Shown here: positions 1 to 10,305 of the stretch, piece after piece
How positions within the stretch are numbered: the first letter of the stretch is position 1
Layout of the letters: every line of letters starts with the position of its first letter
NCBI GenBank assembly: GCA_963666275.2
Contig: CAXXOA010000001.1
Span: 2,176,001-2,240,000, forward strand
Direction of reading: 5' to 3'
DNA length: 64,000 nucleotides
DNA from: Oceanispirochaeta sp.
GTDB taxonomy: Bacteria; Spirochaetota; Spirochaetia; DSM-2461
Position numbers and translations under genes: made by a program
Notes under the pieces: model-generated
Database searches by the model: none
What the model was told of the DNA's origin: nothing
The model's input: the letters and a program-made list of their open reading frames with translations, nothing else

Positions 1-1657
1 TCAGGTGTTCCTGTTCTTTCAGGAACTGAAGCGGAGCCTCTGAGACATAACCCAGAAACTGATCTATGCTCATATCCTCTTCCGTATACCCCTGCTGACG
101 GGCTCTGGTTTCCAGAAGACTTCCTTCCGGATAGGGAATTCTATCCAGAGAGTCCTGATTCTCCGCCCAGGAGAGAAGATCCGCAATCTCTTTTAAGAAT
201 CTGAATCCCTCGCTGTCTTTAAAATACTCTGTAAAATAACTCAGATCATTTTCGCTTTCCATCAGCACCAGAGCCTGAGAGAGAAAATCATAGGACTGGG
301 TATAGTCACTGAGCTGATAGGACACCATATTGGCAAAGTCGTAGGTATTCTGAACCTTTTCAATCTGGTTGATCCTCTCTATAAGTTCATCAATGTTCTG
401 CCCCCTGGCTTTGACAGGGTCAATAATTTCAATGGTTCCGTAGCTGTCTGTGCTGTTAATACCATGAACACGGGAAATATGGATATACTGTCCCCTTTTA
501 AGCTCCTGCTGCTCCAGATCCTCCAGAGATGAAAACTGAGAGGGCATATCTCTTGTTCCATAATACTGGGAAAGGGAAAGGATTTTCTCAGCATGATGCT
601 GGGCAAAGAAGAAGATGGCACAAACCGCAAAAGCCAGGATTCCCGAGAGAATAAACCGGTCCATCCGGACTGTGGGATTCTTCTGCTCCTCCCGTTTTAT
701 AGAGTACCCGGGAGTCATGGATAGGACTTTCAGGCTGTAGATCCCCTGATTCTCCTGATAGGCTTCCAGCTGTACCAGATCCCCCGGATTCAGGGAGTTC
801 TCCCATCCGGAGGGGAAATTCAGATCAAAACGGTCTATCTTGAAAGCCCCCTTCTCTCCCTGGAGCGTGCCCTGAATCCGGATCAGGTTTTTCACCTTTC
901 CGGCCTGCCTCCAGGGATAACGGGACGGGAGGATAAGAAACAGGAACAGCAGAACAGCCCCGGCCATGGAAAGAAGGGATCCCCCCAAAAACGGGATTGC
1001 CAGAGACACAAGGATTAAGGCCATGAACAGCAGATTCCCTATCCAGCGGAAATCCCTGAACAGCCAGTTCAACTCCTCCTCTGTGACCATACGGCCTGAA
1101 TGGAATTCAAAAGCCTCTTTTCGCCTGGATTCTCCGGAAGGAAGATCATCTCCCGGCGCATTGTCTTCACTGGAGGGGGATGATTTCTCCCTTTTGGCTG
1201 TATAGGATTTCCCCTCTTTCAGAGCCTTCTGAATAGACGCTTCCTCACAAACATCATAGCCGTTCAGGGAAACCACGATAGCGCCTTTTTTTCTCTCGGG
1301 CAGAATGATTTCCGCCTGATTGACCTCTTTAATAAAATCCTTGAGACGGGGATCCCAATGTATGACCACATCACCGATTGTTGCGACTGTATCTGTCCGG
1401 GAATTGTTGATTTGCAGCTCAATGGTAGAGAAAGGGCCAGTAAGTTCATACACTTTCATCCTGGAAGCAAGGGATTCTTTGTAGAGCGACTCAACAGCTT
1501 TTTTCTGCTCCGATGTCAGCGTTTTTACCGATGTCAGCCCCTGAATGACGGATCGGGAGGTCCGGGTTTTACTTGTTTTTTTCCTGTAAAAGCTGATCAT
1601 ATTGACCAGGAATATGACAAACATAATAATATATAGTACCAAACGGATTTCGTTCAC
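1..1657 (-). CDS. IgaA/UmoB-like (intracellular growth attenuator family) membrane protein, 3'-partial at window edge
   Basis: Not in the ORF track because it runs off the edge. Hand translation gives an open frame from GTG at 1657 (AGGAG upstream): N-terminal TM, then KTLTSEQKKAVESLY...IGDVVIHWDPRLKDFIKEVNQAEII...IVVSLNGYDV, which resembles the IgaA cytoplasmic domain, followed by further TM segments. Confidence 0.6.
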   Translation of the reverse strand, partial: MNEIRLVLYIIMFVIFLVNMISFYRKKTSKTRTSRSVIQGLTSVKTLTSEQKKAVESLYKESLASRMKVYELTGPFSTIELQINNSRTDTVATIGDVVIHWDPRLKDFIKEVNQAEIILPERKKGAIVVSLNGYDVCEEASIQKALKEGKSYTAKREKSSPSSEDNAPGDDLPSGESRRKEAFEFHSGRMVTEEELNWLFRDFRWIGNLLFMALILVSLAIPFLGGSLLSMAGAVLLFLFLILPSRYPWRQAGKVKNLIRIQGTLQGEKGAFKIDRFDLNFPSGWENSLNPGDLVQLEAYQENQGIYSLKVLSMTPGYSIKREEQKNPTVRMDRFILSGILAFAVCAIFFFAQHHAEKILSLSQYYGTRDMPSQFSSLEDLEQQELKRGQYIHISRVHGINSTDSYGTIEIIDPVKARGQNIDELIERINQIEKVQNTYDFANMVSYQLSDYTQSYDFLSQALVLMESENDLSYFTEYFKDSEGFRFLKEIADLLSWAENQDSLDRIPYPEGSLLETRARQQGYTEEDMSIDQFLGYVSEAPLQFLKEQEHL

Positions 1658-1909
1658 GCAAAACTCCTGTTTTTTTATGTTGAATCCCTAGGATACTGAA
1701 AAACAATATTTAAACAACCATTTCTTATTATTTCTTTTCTGTTTTGTTTATTCCCCTCCAGTCTCTGCCTTTTTCCTATTCTGTTTCGCTCTCATTTCTC
1801 AGAGTTTTTAAAGTATGGAGCATTTTCCTTTTTCTGATAATACGGCCTGATATGAGCTTTAATGATCAATAAACTGGGGCGATTCAGATGTACTGGCATC
1901 CCTCTTAAT

Positions 1910-1944
1910 AAAAAAAAGCTGCCCCGAATGTATTCCGGTGCAGC
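1910..1944 (-). terminator. Rho-independent terminator
   Basis: GC-rich stem followed by a T-run on the minus strand, downstream of the flavoprotein gene. Confidence 0.6.
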
Positions 1945-1981
1945 CAGACTTTATGACCTGTATATTATGATATTTTTTTTC

Positions 1982-3541
1982 TTATTTTCCCAGATAGAGC
2001 GCAGCATCTTCTGCAGCAAAGCGTCCGGAGTTTACCGCCCATCCCTGGCAGGATCCGGCGCTGATAACAACATCGTAGGAGTCTCCGTAAATACCGTTTC
2101 CGTCGGTACCAGCGGCATAAAGACCGGGAATCGGAGTGCCTTCTTTGCTGATGACCTGGGCTTTTTCATTGATTTTCAGACCGCCTACGGTGGTGAAATA
2201 CCCCAGGGCCAGATCAAAGGCATACCAGGGGCCTGACTCCATGGGTCTCAGGAACTCGGCGGATTTGCCGAAGCTTCTGTCTACCCCTTCTTCACAGAAC
2301 GCATTGTATGTGGCCATAGTTTCTTTCAGTGTTTCCGGATCAATGCTGATCTGTGAAGCCAGCTGATCCAGGTCATCGGCAATCTGAATCCCCTCATTGC
2401 CGTTTGCAAGCTGCTGGTCAATCAGATCGTAGAGATCCGTCAGCTTAGCCCCCGGCAGGGTATAGGCACCGGCCCCGGCAATACAGCCCTCTTCGACAAA
2501 ATAGTCCAGGCTGGCCTTATCCAGAATGCTGTAAACTTTCTCCTGGGTGCTCATGGCATTGCCGAAGAAGGAGAAATTCTGGCCTGCAATGCTCTCATCG
2601 GCAAAACGGATCCCCTCCTGATTTACTGTCACCATGGTGGGCTGGAAGGAAGAAGCCGCAAACAGATGATTTCCGAAGGGAACGCCTCTGAGGTTTCCTC
2701 CGTAGAACATGGCTGTTCCCAGATAGTAAGTGTCCGCTCCGGCGCCAATACCCATATGGATACCATCTCCGGTTCTGCCGGGAACTCCCATCTGCATGGA
2801 GTAGTCCGAAGAAATCCCGACAAGTTCTTCCATCATCTCAGGGTTATCCGAGTAGCCCCCCGTAGCCAGGATCACAACGGGTGCTTCTATGGCAACAGAT
2901 TCACCTTCGCTATTCCGGGCAATCAGTCCTTTTACTCTGCCCTCTTCCATGACCAGCTCTTCTCCCGGAGTTTCGAGTATAAGGTTTACTCCCGCTTCCA
3001 GAGCCGCTTCGTGCATGGTATGAATGTATCCTTCTCCCAGTCCATCAAAGATATGCCAGGTTTTTACAGAATCCCCCATGCTTATAACACCCATGAACTT
3101 CACTCCCAGCTCTTCAAGCCAACTGATGGAAGCTGCGGATTCATCGAAAAAACGCTTTAATATTTTACTGTCTGAAAGCCAGTGATTGTACTCCTGTACC
3201 CGGCGGAACAGATCGACTTTATCGATTTCTATACCAGCTTCTTTCTGAAAATGGGAATCCACGGCAAACATCCCTTCCGCCATCAGAGTGGTGCCTCCCA
3301 CAAAAGAGTTCTTTTCCAGCAGGATCACATCCATACCCAGCTGGGCTGCTTTGATAGAGGCGGAAAGTCCGGCTCCCCCTGCTCCGACGACCACAACATC
3401 GGCCGTAAAATCCGGTTTTCCCAGGGTTACAGCGCTTTTAGATGGGACTGTGCTCTCTTCGTTTCCGCAGGAAACAAAAAGGAATGCTGCTGTCAGTGAT
3501 ACCAGAGCCACAGCGACGGCTTTACGCCAACATACTTTCAT
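1982..3541 (-). CDS. FAD-dependent oxidoreductase, flavocytochrome c/fumarate reductase flavoprotein family, lipoprotein
   Basis: DVVVVGAGGAGLSA Rossmann motif, VILATGGY, TTVGGLKIN, IPGLYAAG; lipobox FLFVSC; start moved to MKVCW after the GGGAG RBS. Confidence 0.85.
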   Translation of the reverse strand: MKVCWRKAVAVALVSLTAAFLFVSCGNEESTVPSKSAVTLGKPDFTADVVVVGAGGAGLSASIKAAQLGMDVILLEKNSFVGGTTLMAEGMFAVDSHFQKEAGIEIDKVDLFRRVQEYNHWLSDSKILKRFFDESAASISWLEELGVKFMGVISMGDSVKTWHIFDGLGEGYIHTMHEAALEAGVNLILETPGEELVMEEGRVKGLIARNSEGESVAIEAPVVILATGGYSDNPEMMEELVGISSDYSMQMGVPGRTGDGIHMGIGAGADTYYLGTAMFYGGNLRGVPFGNHLFAASSFQPTMVTVNQEGIRFADESIAGQNFSFFGNAMSTQEKVYSILDKASLDYFVEEGCIAGAGAYTLPGAKLTDLYDLIDQQLANGNEGIQIADDLDQLASQISIDPETLKETMATYNAFCEEGVDRSFGKSAEFLRPMESGPWYAFDLALGYFTTVGGLKINEKAQVISKEGTPIPGLYAAGTDGNGIYGDSYDVVISAGSCQGWAVNSGRFAAEDAALYLGK

Positions 3542-3561
3542 AACGAATTCTCCCTTTAATC

Positions 3562-3714
3562 GATACATATTTATCAATAAAAATTAATCTGGTTATAGGT
3601 ATAGCAGATACCATTCTGATTGGAAAATTAATAATTCCGCTCAGATTCATCGATTTTTCCGATTATTTATTTGACGGAACAGGTATTTCCCTCTAATATA
3701 GATACATATTTATC
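3562..3714. promoter_or_regulatory. Divergent promoter region with two copies of the near-palindrome GATACATATTTATC
   Basis: Identical 14-mers at 3562-3575 and 3701-3714, each just upstream of one gene's RBS. Confidence 0.45.
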
Positions 3715-3734
3715 GATTAATGGGGAAATAATAA

Positions 3735-4640
3735 TTGGATATCCACCGTATGAAATGCTTTCTCCGTCTGGCAGAGGAGCTCCATTTTTCACGGGCAGCG
3801 GAAAAACAGTGTATGGCCCAGTCTACAATGAGCCAGCAGATCCATAATCTGGAAGAGGAAATGGATACAAAACTGTTTATCCGGAACAACAGGAATGTGC
3901 AGCTGACTCCGGCAGGACAATACCTGCAGAAAGAGTTTAAAAGGCTTCTGGACAGTTATGAAGCGGTTAAAATGGAAACCCGTCGAATCGGTGGATACGG
4001 AAGCAACAAGCTGTGTGTGGGCTATCACGGCCCTTTCAACTGGATGTTACTGACCTCTATCTTCCTAACCTTCAAAGCGTCCCATCCCGAGATTATCTTC
4101 TCTCTGATGATGGAAAACTGGGGAGAGATTCCCGGTAAGATCATGACAAAAGAGATTGATCTGGGTTTTGTGGAAACATCGGAAATTGATCCGGACAATC
4201 CCCATATGGAAAGCTCCTTTCTGGCCCGAGACTATATCTGTTTTGCCATGCACAAATCCCACCCTCTGGCGGATCGGAAAATTCTCAAAAAAGAAGATAT
4301 AAGAAAAGAAACACTGGCTATGGTAGACCTTTCCATCGGCCGCCGCAGTATAGGGATGATACATCAGAGGCTGATCAAAGCGGGAATAGATGTACTGAAA
4401 GGGCATCTTATGAAGAATTTTGAAAGTATCATGGCTATGGTTTCCACGGGAATGGCAATTTCTCCCATGCCCCGTTCGTTCAGTCAGGCAGGTCAAAGCG
4501 ATATTATTTTCATCGATTATGACAGCCCGGACGCTTATGTAGATATTTCTATTGCCTGGCTGAAAGAAAATACAAGTGAAGCCCTTCTGACCTTTGTGGA
4601 CCATCTAAAAAACACGGTGATTCAGAAAGAAGAGAACTGA
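3735..4640 (+). CDS. LysR-family transcriptional regulator
   Basis: N-terminal HTH LAEELHFSRAAEKQCMAQSTMSQQIHNLEEEM...LTPAG; about 300 aa; divergent from the flavoprotein gene. Confidence 0.95.
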   Translation: MDIHRMKCFLRLAEELHFSRAAEKQCMAQSTMSQQIHNLEEEMDTKLFIRNNRNVQLTPAGQYLQKEFKRLLDSYEAVKMETRRIGGYGSNKLCVGYHGPFNWMLLTSIFLTFKASHPEIIFSLMMENWGEIPGKIMTKEIDLGFVETSEIDPDNPHMESSFLARDYICFAMHKSHPLADRKILKKEDIRKETLAMVDLSIGRRSIGMIHQRLIKAGIDVLKGHLMKNFESIMAMVSTGMAISPMPRSFSQAGQSDIIFIDYDSPDAYVDISIAWLKENTSEALLTFVDHLKNTVIQKEEN

Positions 4641-4874
4641 GAAACCTGATAGGAATCTCTCTTTAATGTTCTTTTCCTGTAACAAATATTCATACACAGT
4701 TTCATTGATTTTTTTGCTGAAACCGTCAAAAAAACGTTTGTCTGTCTAAAAGGACCGTGGTAAAATCAATAAAATCAATAATTTATTCATTATTCAGCCC
4801 GAAAAAGTTTACTCCCGTAGATTTAATGACAGATGATAAAATTTATGACAAAAAGTTTTTCAGAGGCATAAAAA

Positions 4875-5384
4875 ATGAAAGCAGAGCACATTAATCCTTT
4901 TCTGGGTTCCACACTGAATATTTTTGAAAGTATGCTGGGAGAACAGCCCGATGTAGGACAGAAATCCCTTATAAAGAATTTTTCCAGTCACCGGTGGGAT
5001 ATCTCCGGGATCATTGGGATCACAGGGACTGCCGAAGGGGTCGTAGCCATCAGGCTCACAGAGAATCTTGTTCAGAAAACTCTGGAAAAATCCGAGATCA
5101 TCTGGAATACTCCGGAGGAAAAAGAACAGATCATAACAGGAATGGTCGGAGAAATTGTCAATATGATCGCCGGCAATGCTCTGGGAGAGATTACCCGCTT
5201 TGATCTGGATATCACCGTTCCCTTTGTTGTTCAGGGGACCAATCACAGCATCGGATGGCCCCGGAATAACCCGATCATTGCCATACCTTTCATTACCCCC
5301 TGGGGTCCATTTGAAGTGAATGTGAGCATGAAGGAAAATTTCTACCATTCCCTGCAGACACTTCCTACCATGGCAGCCAACTGA
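4875..5384 (+). CDS. cheX: Chemotaxis phosphatase CheX
   Basis: HINPF start, DISGIIGITG, GEIVNMIAGNA (ExxN motif), DITVPFVVQG. Confidence 0.85.
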   Translation: MKAEHINPFLGSTLNIFESMLGEQPDVGQKSLIKNFSSHRWDISGIIGITGTAEGVVAIRLTENLVQKTLEKSEIIWNTPEEKEQIITGMVGEIVNMIAGNALGEITRFDLDITVPFVVQGTNHSIGWPRNNPIIAIPFITPWGPFEVNVSMKENFYHSLQTLPTMAAN

Positions 5385-5469
5385 AAAGGCACTCTCATTG
5401 CCTTTCCTGCCTGCTTTTTCTGCCGCCCATCTTCTGCTCATCAGATAGGAAACGCTTTTAAAGGGACTG

Positions 5470-5494
5470 AAAAAAACCGGCTATTCAGCCGGTT
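5470..5494 (-). terminator. Rho-independent terminator
   Basis: ACCGGCT-attc-AGCCGGT stem plus T-run on the minus strand. Confidence 0.6.
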
Positions 5495-5516
5495 CAGATT
5501 TCAATTACCCCTTTTT

Positions 5517-6746
5517 CTAATCTCTGTATAGGGCATCGACGATTTCTTCCGCTATAATACCAAAGAGCTTTTCTTCCGCTTTTTCCGCTTTTTCATCGGC
5601 AGAAGCAAAACTCAGCAATGGGATATTCTCTTTTTTCTTCACATAGGAATCTCCCGCAAAACTGCTGTTTTTCACATCAAAAAGACGCCCATGAACAGTC
5701 ATATAGATTCCGTTTTTACCCAGTCTTCCCGGACTTCTGGTATCGTAGGTACAGCCCATTATATGATAGAGAATATAGAGATAGTCCAGATCCATCTTTT
5801 CGGCCAGTTCTAAAGCCGTCTTATCAAAGTCTTCGTTGTAATCTTCTGTAAAAGAGACACCGGTAAAAGTTCCCTCTGTTTTAAAGTTGTCTTCATAAAT
5901 CACAGAGGGATAGGGAGTCAGAGTGTTCATAAGTTCCTTCTGGGAATAAATATCCGCCTTATACTCCGACTGGGCATAGGAGTCCATTTTGTTCACAATA
6001 TTCCAGGTGGCATAGTTATCATCCACCGAGAGAAAGGCAATGCGGGCATCAGCCGGTATCCCCTGGAAGTCCTCATCCTCAGGGACAAAATACTGTTTTG
6101 TTTTTCCTTTGAACTTATACCCCGTGGTTGTAATGGGAAAGGGCTCTTCCATCAGTTCCATAGTTTCCATGGAGGCGCTGATGTCCATGGGTTTCACCGA
6201 TTGTCCCTGCCCGTCCATAAGCCAGCCTTCTGTAAGAACTTCTATCCCGTCAATCTGATCATTAATCAGGGCTACCCTGTCATAATTGCCATAAGGATTT
6301 TCTTCATACGTGAGAACCATATCCCCCAGATAGGCAAAATCAGAATTGATAAGATCCAGTTCTGATTCCGTGGCATAGACATTAATGGCGGCAAGTTGAA
6401 TCCCAAGGGCATCTATCGGCTTTTCCTGTATAAAATAGCTGATCCCTTTAACTTCATAACGCCCCCGGGGAAGTGATTTGTAAAAGACTTCGTTTTGCTG
6501 AATTTCAAGGTATTCAATAACTTCCTCTCCATTTTCCAATTCCTTTGATAGAATCAGTGCCGCGGCCCTGTATTTTTCCGGAGGGATATTTTTTTCGGGT
6601 ATATTGATAGAGACTTTACCTGTGATATAGACGATTTCATCCGAAACCTGCTGGCCCGGAGCCAGATTTTCCGTATTCATGGACATACAGCCTGTGAGAT
6701 TAAAAAAGAGAAGAGAGAGAGTTAGAGCATAAACCTTTTTTTTCAT
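5517..6746 (-). CDS. Hypothetical lipoprotein
   Basis: 409 aa ORF, GGAGG RBS, signal peptide ending in lipobox LTGC. Confidence 0.75.
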   Translation of the reverse strand: MKKKVYALTLSLLFFNLTGCMSMNTENLAPGQQVSDEIVYITGKVSINIPEKNIPPEKYRAAALILSKELENGEEVIEYLEIQQNEVFYKSLPRGRYEVKGISYFIQEKPIDALGIQLAAINVYATESELDLINSDFAYLGDMVLTYEENPYGNYDRVALINDQIDGIEVLTEGWLMDGQGQSVKPMDISASMETMELMEEPFPITTTGYKFKGKTKQYFVPEDEDFQGIPADARIAFLSVDDNYATWNIVNKMDSYAQSEYKADIYSQKELMNTLTPYPSVIYEDNFKTEGTFTGVSFTEDYNEDFDKTALELAEKMDLDYLYILYHIMGCTYDTRSPGRLGKNGIYMTVHGRLFDVKNSSFAGDSYVKKKENIPLLSFASADEKAEKAEEKLFGIIAEEIVDALYRD

Positions 6747-6892
6747 AAATCCTCCAATAATTGTTTACATTTACGAGGTTTTATAATATACACATGTTTA
6801 TATTATTACAATAATGTGAACAAAATTTTATTTTTTATTTGTGCTGAAAACTAATCTAGCTCGTGGTACAGTTTAAAGGTATGGGGTCAAGG

Positions 6893-7549
6893 TCACCCCT
6901 GCCCTAAGGCCATCTTATCCGCCTCATAATTGGCATTAATCCGATCCATCCGGTTCATCTGCCCTGGCATCTCTTGCCTGCCGACTTGAGGCGGCGCAAA
7001 ACTCTGCCCACCGGCAGGCTGCCCCATAAAAGGAGACGCCCCGGAAGCAGCCCCCCGGCTCATTCCTCCCGGATGGGACAAAGTATCAGGGTTCCAGACA
7101 GAACCAGCCTGATTCTGCCTGACAGCTTTCACCGCGGCCGGTTTCCCATTGCGAAATGAAACCGTATTTCCTTGCCCTGAGAGTCCCTGAGTGTTTGGCT
7201 TGCGCAATGTCAGCCGGGAGGGAGGGGGAAATCCTTTCCCTGAAAGAGAATTACCTTTTACGGCTGTTGCAGTTTTCTCAACGAGTGTTTTTCCGGAGGG
7301 ACTTGAACTTGTGGAACCGGAAGAAATTGAAGCTTCAGGAAATACCAGATTCTCCACCCGGGATCCTGCGGCCTGAGGTTTCAATGCCTGAACACTATTC
7401 CTGGAAGGATTGATCCTGTACCCCAGGTTGCGGTAACCCTGACCGCCGAAGGAAGCGGTTGCCAAAGGGATCCGTTTGCTAACCCGGGGAATTCTGCTTA
7501 TTGGCGCTGCCTTTGGTGACGTCATACCGGGCAACGCCCTCCATTCCAC
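6893..7549 (-). pseudogene. Orphan 3' fragment of the 1087-aa tape-measure-like gene (repeat copy 4), no cassette downstream
   Basis: Translation nearly identical to residues near the C-terminus of 16144..19407; ends at MALGQG* before the variable tip. Confidence 0.85.
6896..7530. repeat. Direct repeat of 16277-16910
   Basis: Nucleotide-level near identity by eye. Confidence 0.9.
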
Positions 7550-7736
7550 CTACTTACTCTATAGCTTTTGCTATCAGCGGTTGCTTCATAAGATCCAATT
7601 TACCTGCAAACCATTAGGGTTGTCTGGTACAATGCCTTTCTTATGATCAACTATTCTTTCAAATCCAGAAATGCTCCGTACATCCAGCCTTTGATATAGC
7701 TTTCTTTCAATACGATTTTAAAGCAATTCATAATTT

Positions 7737-8252
7737 CTAATCGTTATAGACAATCAGTTCTCGATCTGTCACATCAATAATTGATTCACTATCAGCATCA
7801 AAATAGTAAACAAGTCTGTAAGTGTCTATTGTTTCTTTTCTGAAAGGGGTATCCTCTGAAGTTATTACAGAAAGAAAATCAACGTGCATATCTTTAATAA
7901 ATCCTGACTGATTCCTTAAGTATTCATTTTCAAACATGGAAATAATTTTTATATCAACAAGACTCTCAACTCCATTATCAAGATGTCTGGTCATTACTAA
8001 AATAGAGCATTTTTTATAAACCCTACGATACCCTGAAAGGTCACTTTTTACATCTCCAACCGTAAAAGATCCAAAATCATTCAGAAAATTAGTGAAATCA
8101 CCAGAGATTTCCAAGCCGATAAGGGAAGTGAGACCTAATGTTTCTCCACTTTCTATAATCGACTTAAGCTTTAATTCCAAGTCCTCTACTGTCAAACTGA
8201 ACAGAAAATGGGTTATTAATAAGAACAGGGTAATAAAAGATATTTTTTTCAT
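7737..8252 (-). CDS. Exported protein, putative immunity for the M23 effector
   Basis: Signal peptide MKKISFITLFLLITHFLFS; directly downstream of the effector; AT-rich. Confidence 0.6.
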   Translation of the reverse strand: MKKISFITLFLLITHFLFSLTVEDLELKLKSIIESGETLGLTSLIGLEISGDFTNFLNDFGSFTVGDVKSDLSGYRRVYKKCSILVMTRHLDNGVESLVDIKIISMFENEYLRNQSGFIKDMHVDFLSVITSEDTPFRKETIDTYRLVYYFDADSESIIDVTDRELIVYND

Positions 8253-8263
8253 TTATACTCCTC

Positions 8264-9472
8264 TTACTGTATATCCGTTGGATCAACGTAATAACGATTA
8301 TACCGATTCAAAACATCTGCATCTGGAGTGTCTACAATAGAGGCATTATCTCTATCCACATAACGCACTTCCATATGAAGATGTGGTCCAGTACATGCCG
8401 TTCCTGTATCTCCCGCATTGGCAAGATGATCCCCAACTTTAACAGGATCTTTATCTTTAACTTTTATTGAACCTTTCTGAAGATGAAATAGATTAAACTC
8501 ACCCCCATCCTCCAAAGTAATTCTTATAAAATAACCCAATTTCTTATTATGTTTAGCCTCTTTCACAACCCCTTCCACAGGCGAATACACAGGCTGCCCA
8601 ATCGTCTTATTCTGATTATTTTCTCTCCAAACCCAATCCTCACCAGCATGGGGATACGAAGCATCATAAGGATCTGTTTCTGCCAAGAACCCACCGCCTT
8701 CAACGCGCTTCCACCCCGGTTCAAACTGCTTGTAATACTCCGCAACCTCATCAGGCAGTTTTATCCGCCTCACTTCATTTTTCGCCAAATTCTCCCTCAA
8801 ATCCCAATACCACCTATCCATATCGTGGATATTATCCGGATTCTTTGTTCTGAATCTCATACCGGCTTCCGTCATCAATCCTATAACATACTCATCCGTC
8901 AATTCAGCCCCATCCATAGCTCTTTCCAGAATTTCTGTCAGACCTCCCTGAATGGCATCTTTTCCGATTGTTTTCGTTCCATTATAGGATGACATAATCT
9001 CTCCATAAGAGTTCCGCAAATGACCGCCTCCATGAAACTCCAAATAGCCATCATCCGTTAAGAACCAATAGTTATTACCGTTTTCATTATTCGGTAGGAT
9101 ATTCTTCTCGTCAACATCAATAGCCAAATTCAGAAGAAAATTAACTTTGGGGTCAATTGTTTGCTGATAATGGGGACCAAGCTCCTCACGCACGATAGCG
9201 TCTGTGGGCTGAGGTATATCAAGCCCCAAAAGAGACATCCATTTTTTGGATAAATTGAGAACAGTCCGCAGTTGATTATAATCATAAGATTCGGATTCAT
9301 GTATAAAAGCGTTCAATCCGGTCCTGTCAAAATTGGAGGCAATAATCTTTATTTCATTTAACACAGTCTCTTTAAACTTTCCGGGCCTATTCCCATTTAG
9401 GACATCATGAAGAGTAGAAACAGCATTCACCATCATTATTTGAATATCTAATCTCGAATATCCGTCAACCAT
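8264..9472 (-). CDS. Putative CIS effector 3: shared N-terminal domain plus C-terminal M23 peptidase
   Basis: HAGED, VYSPVEGVV, LFHL, GDTGTACTGPHLHMEV M23 motifs; no signal peptide. Confidence 0.8.
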   Translation of the reverse strand: MVDGYSRLDIQIMMVNAVSTLHDVLNGNRPGKFKETVLNEIKIIASNFDRTGLNAFIHESESYDYNQLRTVLNLSKKWMSLLGLDIPQPTDAIVREELGPHYQQTIDPKVNFLLNLAIDVDEKNILPNNENGNNYWFLTDDGYLEFHGGGHLRNSYGEIMSSYNGTKTIGKDAIQGGLTEILERAMDGAELTDEYVIGLMTEAGMRFRTKNPDNIHDMDRWYWDLRENLAKNEVRRIKLPDEVAEYYKQFEPGWKRVEGGGFLAETDPYDASYPHAGEDWVWRENNQNKTIGQPVYSPVEGVVKEAKHNKKLGYFIRITLEDGGEFNLFHLQKGSIKVKDKDPVKVGDHLANAGDTGTACTGPHLHMEVRYVDRDNASIVDTPDADVLNRYNRYYVDPTDIQ

Positions 9473-9483
9473 AATCAGTCTCC

Positions 9484-10305
9484 TTATATCCCAAATATCT
9501 TTGTAATATGCTGGGCGACTTGGATCTTCTCATCTTCCGTTCCGTACATCATTTCTTCTTTAAAGTGATCCACAAGTTTCTCTTTGACTTCTACCAAGCA
9601 CTCCCGATACTCTTCCGTAGTCATTTCAATAACCTTACCTGACGGGCTTAAATACCGGTACATTTCAATAGGTTCGGATTCTGTAAAATCTTCCAGATCT
9701 TTATCCGACGCATCCTGTTCTGCAATCAGTTCTTTATTCTTGAAGACAAGATCATCCTGTTTCCATATCTCAAATAAGTCGCTATCTTCCGGATTATGTC
9801 CTGTCTGTCCTTCCAGTTTATAGGCTTCTTTTTCCGCTCCCGACACATCTTCCCGATAGGTCAGCCGCTGTCCTTTTTGGTTCTGCCTGACATGCTCTAC
9901 CTCATGCAGCAGGAGGGCTTCTCCTTCTTCTGTATGAGGGGCATAACTACCTGAGGAAAAATAGATATCCTTTCCGAAAGTCAGAGCATCCGCTCCAGCT
10001 TTGTGGGTGATTTCTTCCGCATAGGGGCCCGTGTGGATTTTCACTTCGGAAAGGTCTTTTCCATAAGTCAATAAAAAGAGGTTGATTAAAGCTGTATCCG
10101 GCGCAAAAATATGGTCATAAACCTCTTTTTTGGCTTCATATGAAGTGATCAGGCCATCTGGTTTAAACTCTTGATCCGGGTTCTGCATTCTGGAGTTATT
10201 GTTACCTGTCTTCTCTATTACATTAAGATAAGCCCCATTTGCCAATTCAAATAGATTCGTGAATTTATTATGCCAGGAAATTGTTACTTCTTGATTACCA
10301 CTCAA
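9484..10305 (-). CDS. DUF4157 (eCIS core) domain protein, copy 3
   Basis: DLSEVKIHTG...AGADALTFGKDIYF...LLLHEVEHVRQ. Confidence 0.9.
   Translation of the reverse strand: MSGNQEVTISWHNKFTNLFELANGAYLNVIEKTGNNNSRMQNPDQEFKPDGLITSYEAKKEVYDHIFAPDTALINLFLLTYGKDLSEVKIHTGPYAEEITHKAGADALTFGKDIYFSSGSYAPHTEEGEALLLHEVEHVRQNQKGQRLTYREDVSGAEKEAYKLEGQTGHNPEDSDLFEIWKQDDLVFKNKELIAEQDASDKDLEDFTESEPIEMYRYLSPSGKVIEMTTEEYRECLVEVKEKLVDHFKEEMMYGTEDEKIQVAQHITKIFGI

Noticed and set aside
6860..6895. Possible IS3-like terminal repeat (TGACCTTGACCCC...GTACCA on the minus strand) at the truncation of repeat 4
   Set aside because: No partner repeat or transposase in the window; resemblance is too weak
7550..7736. Possible gene remnant between immunity 3 and repeat 4
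   Set aside because: Only short open frames with no recognisable motif
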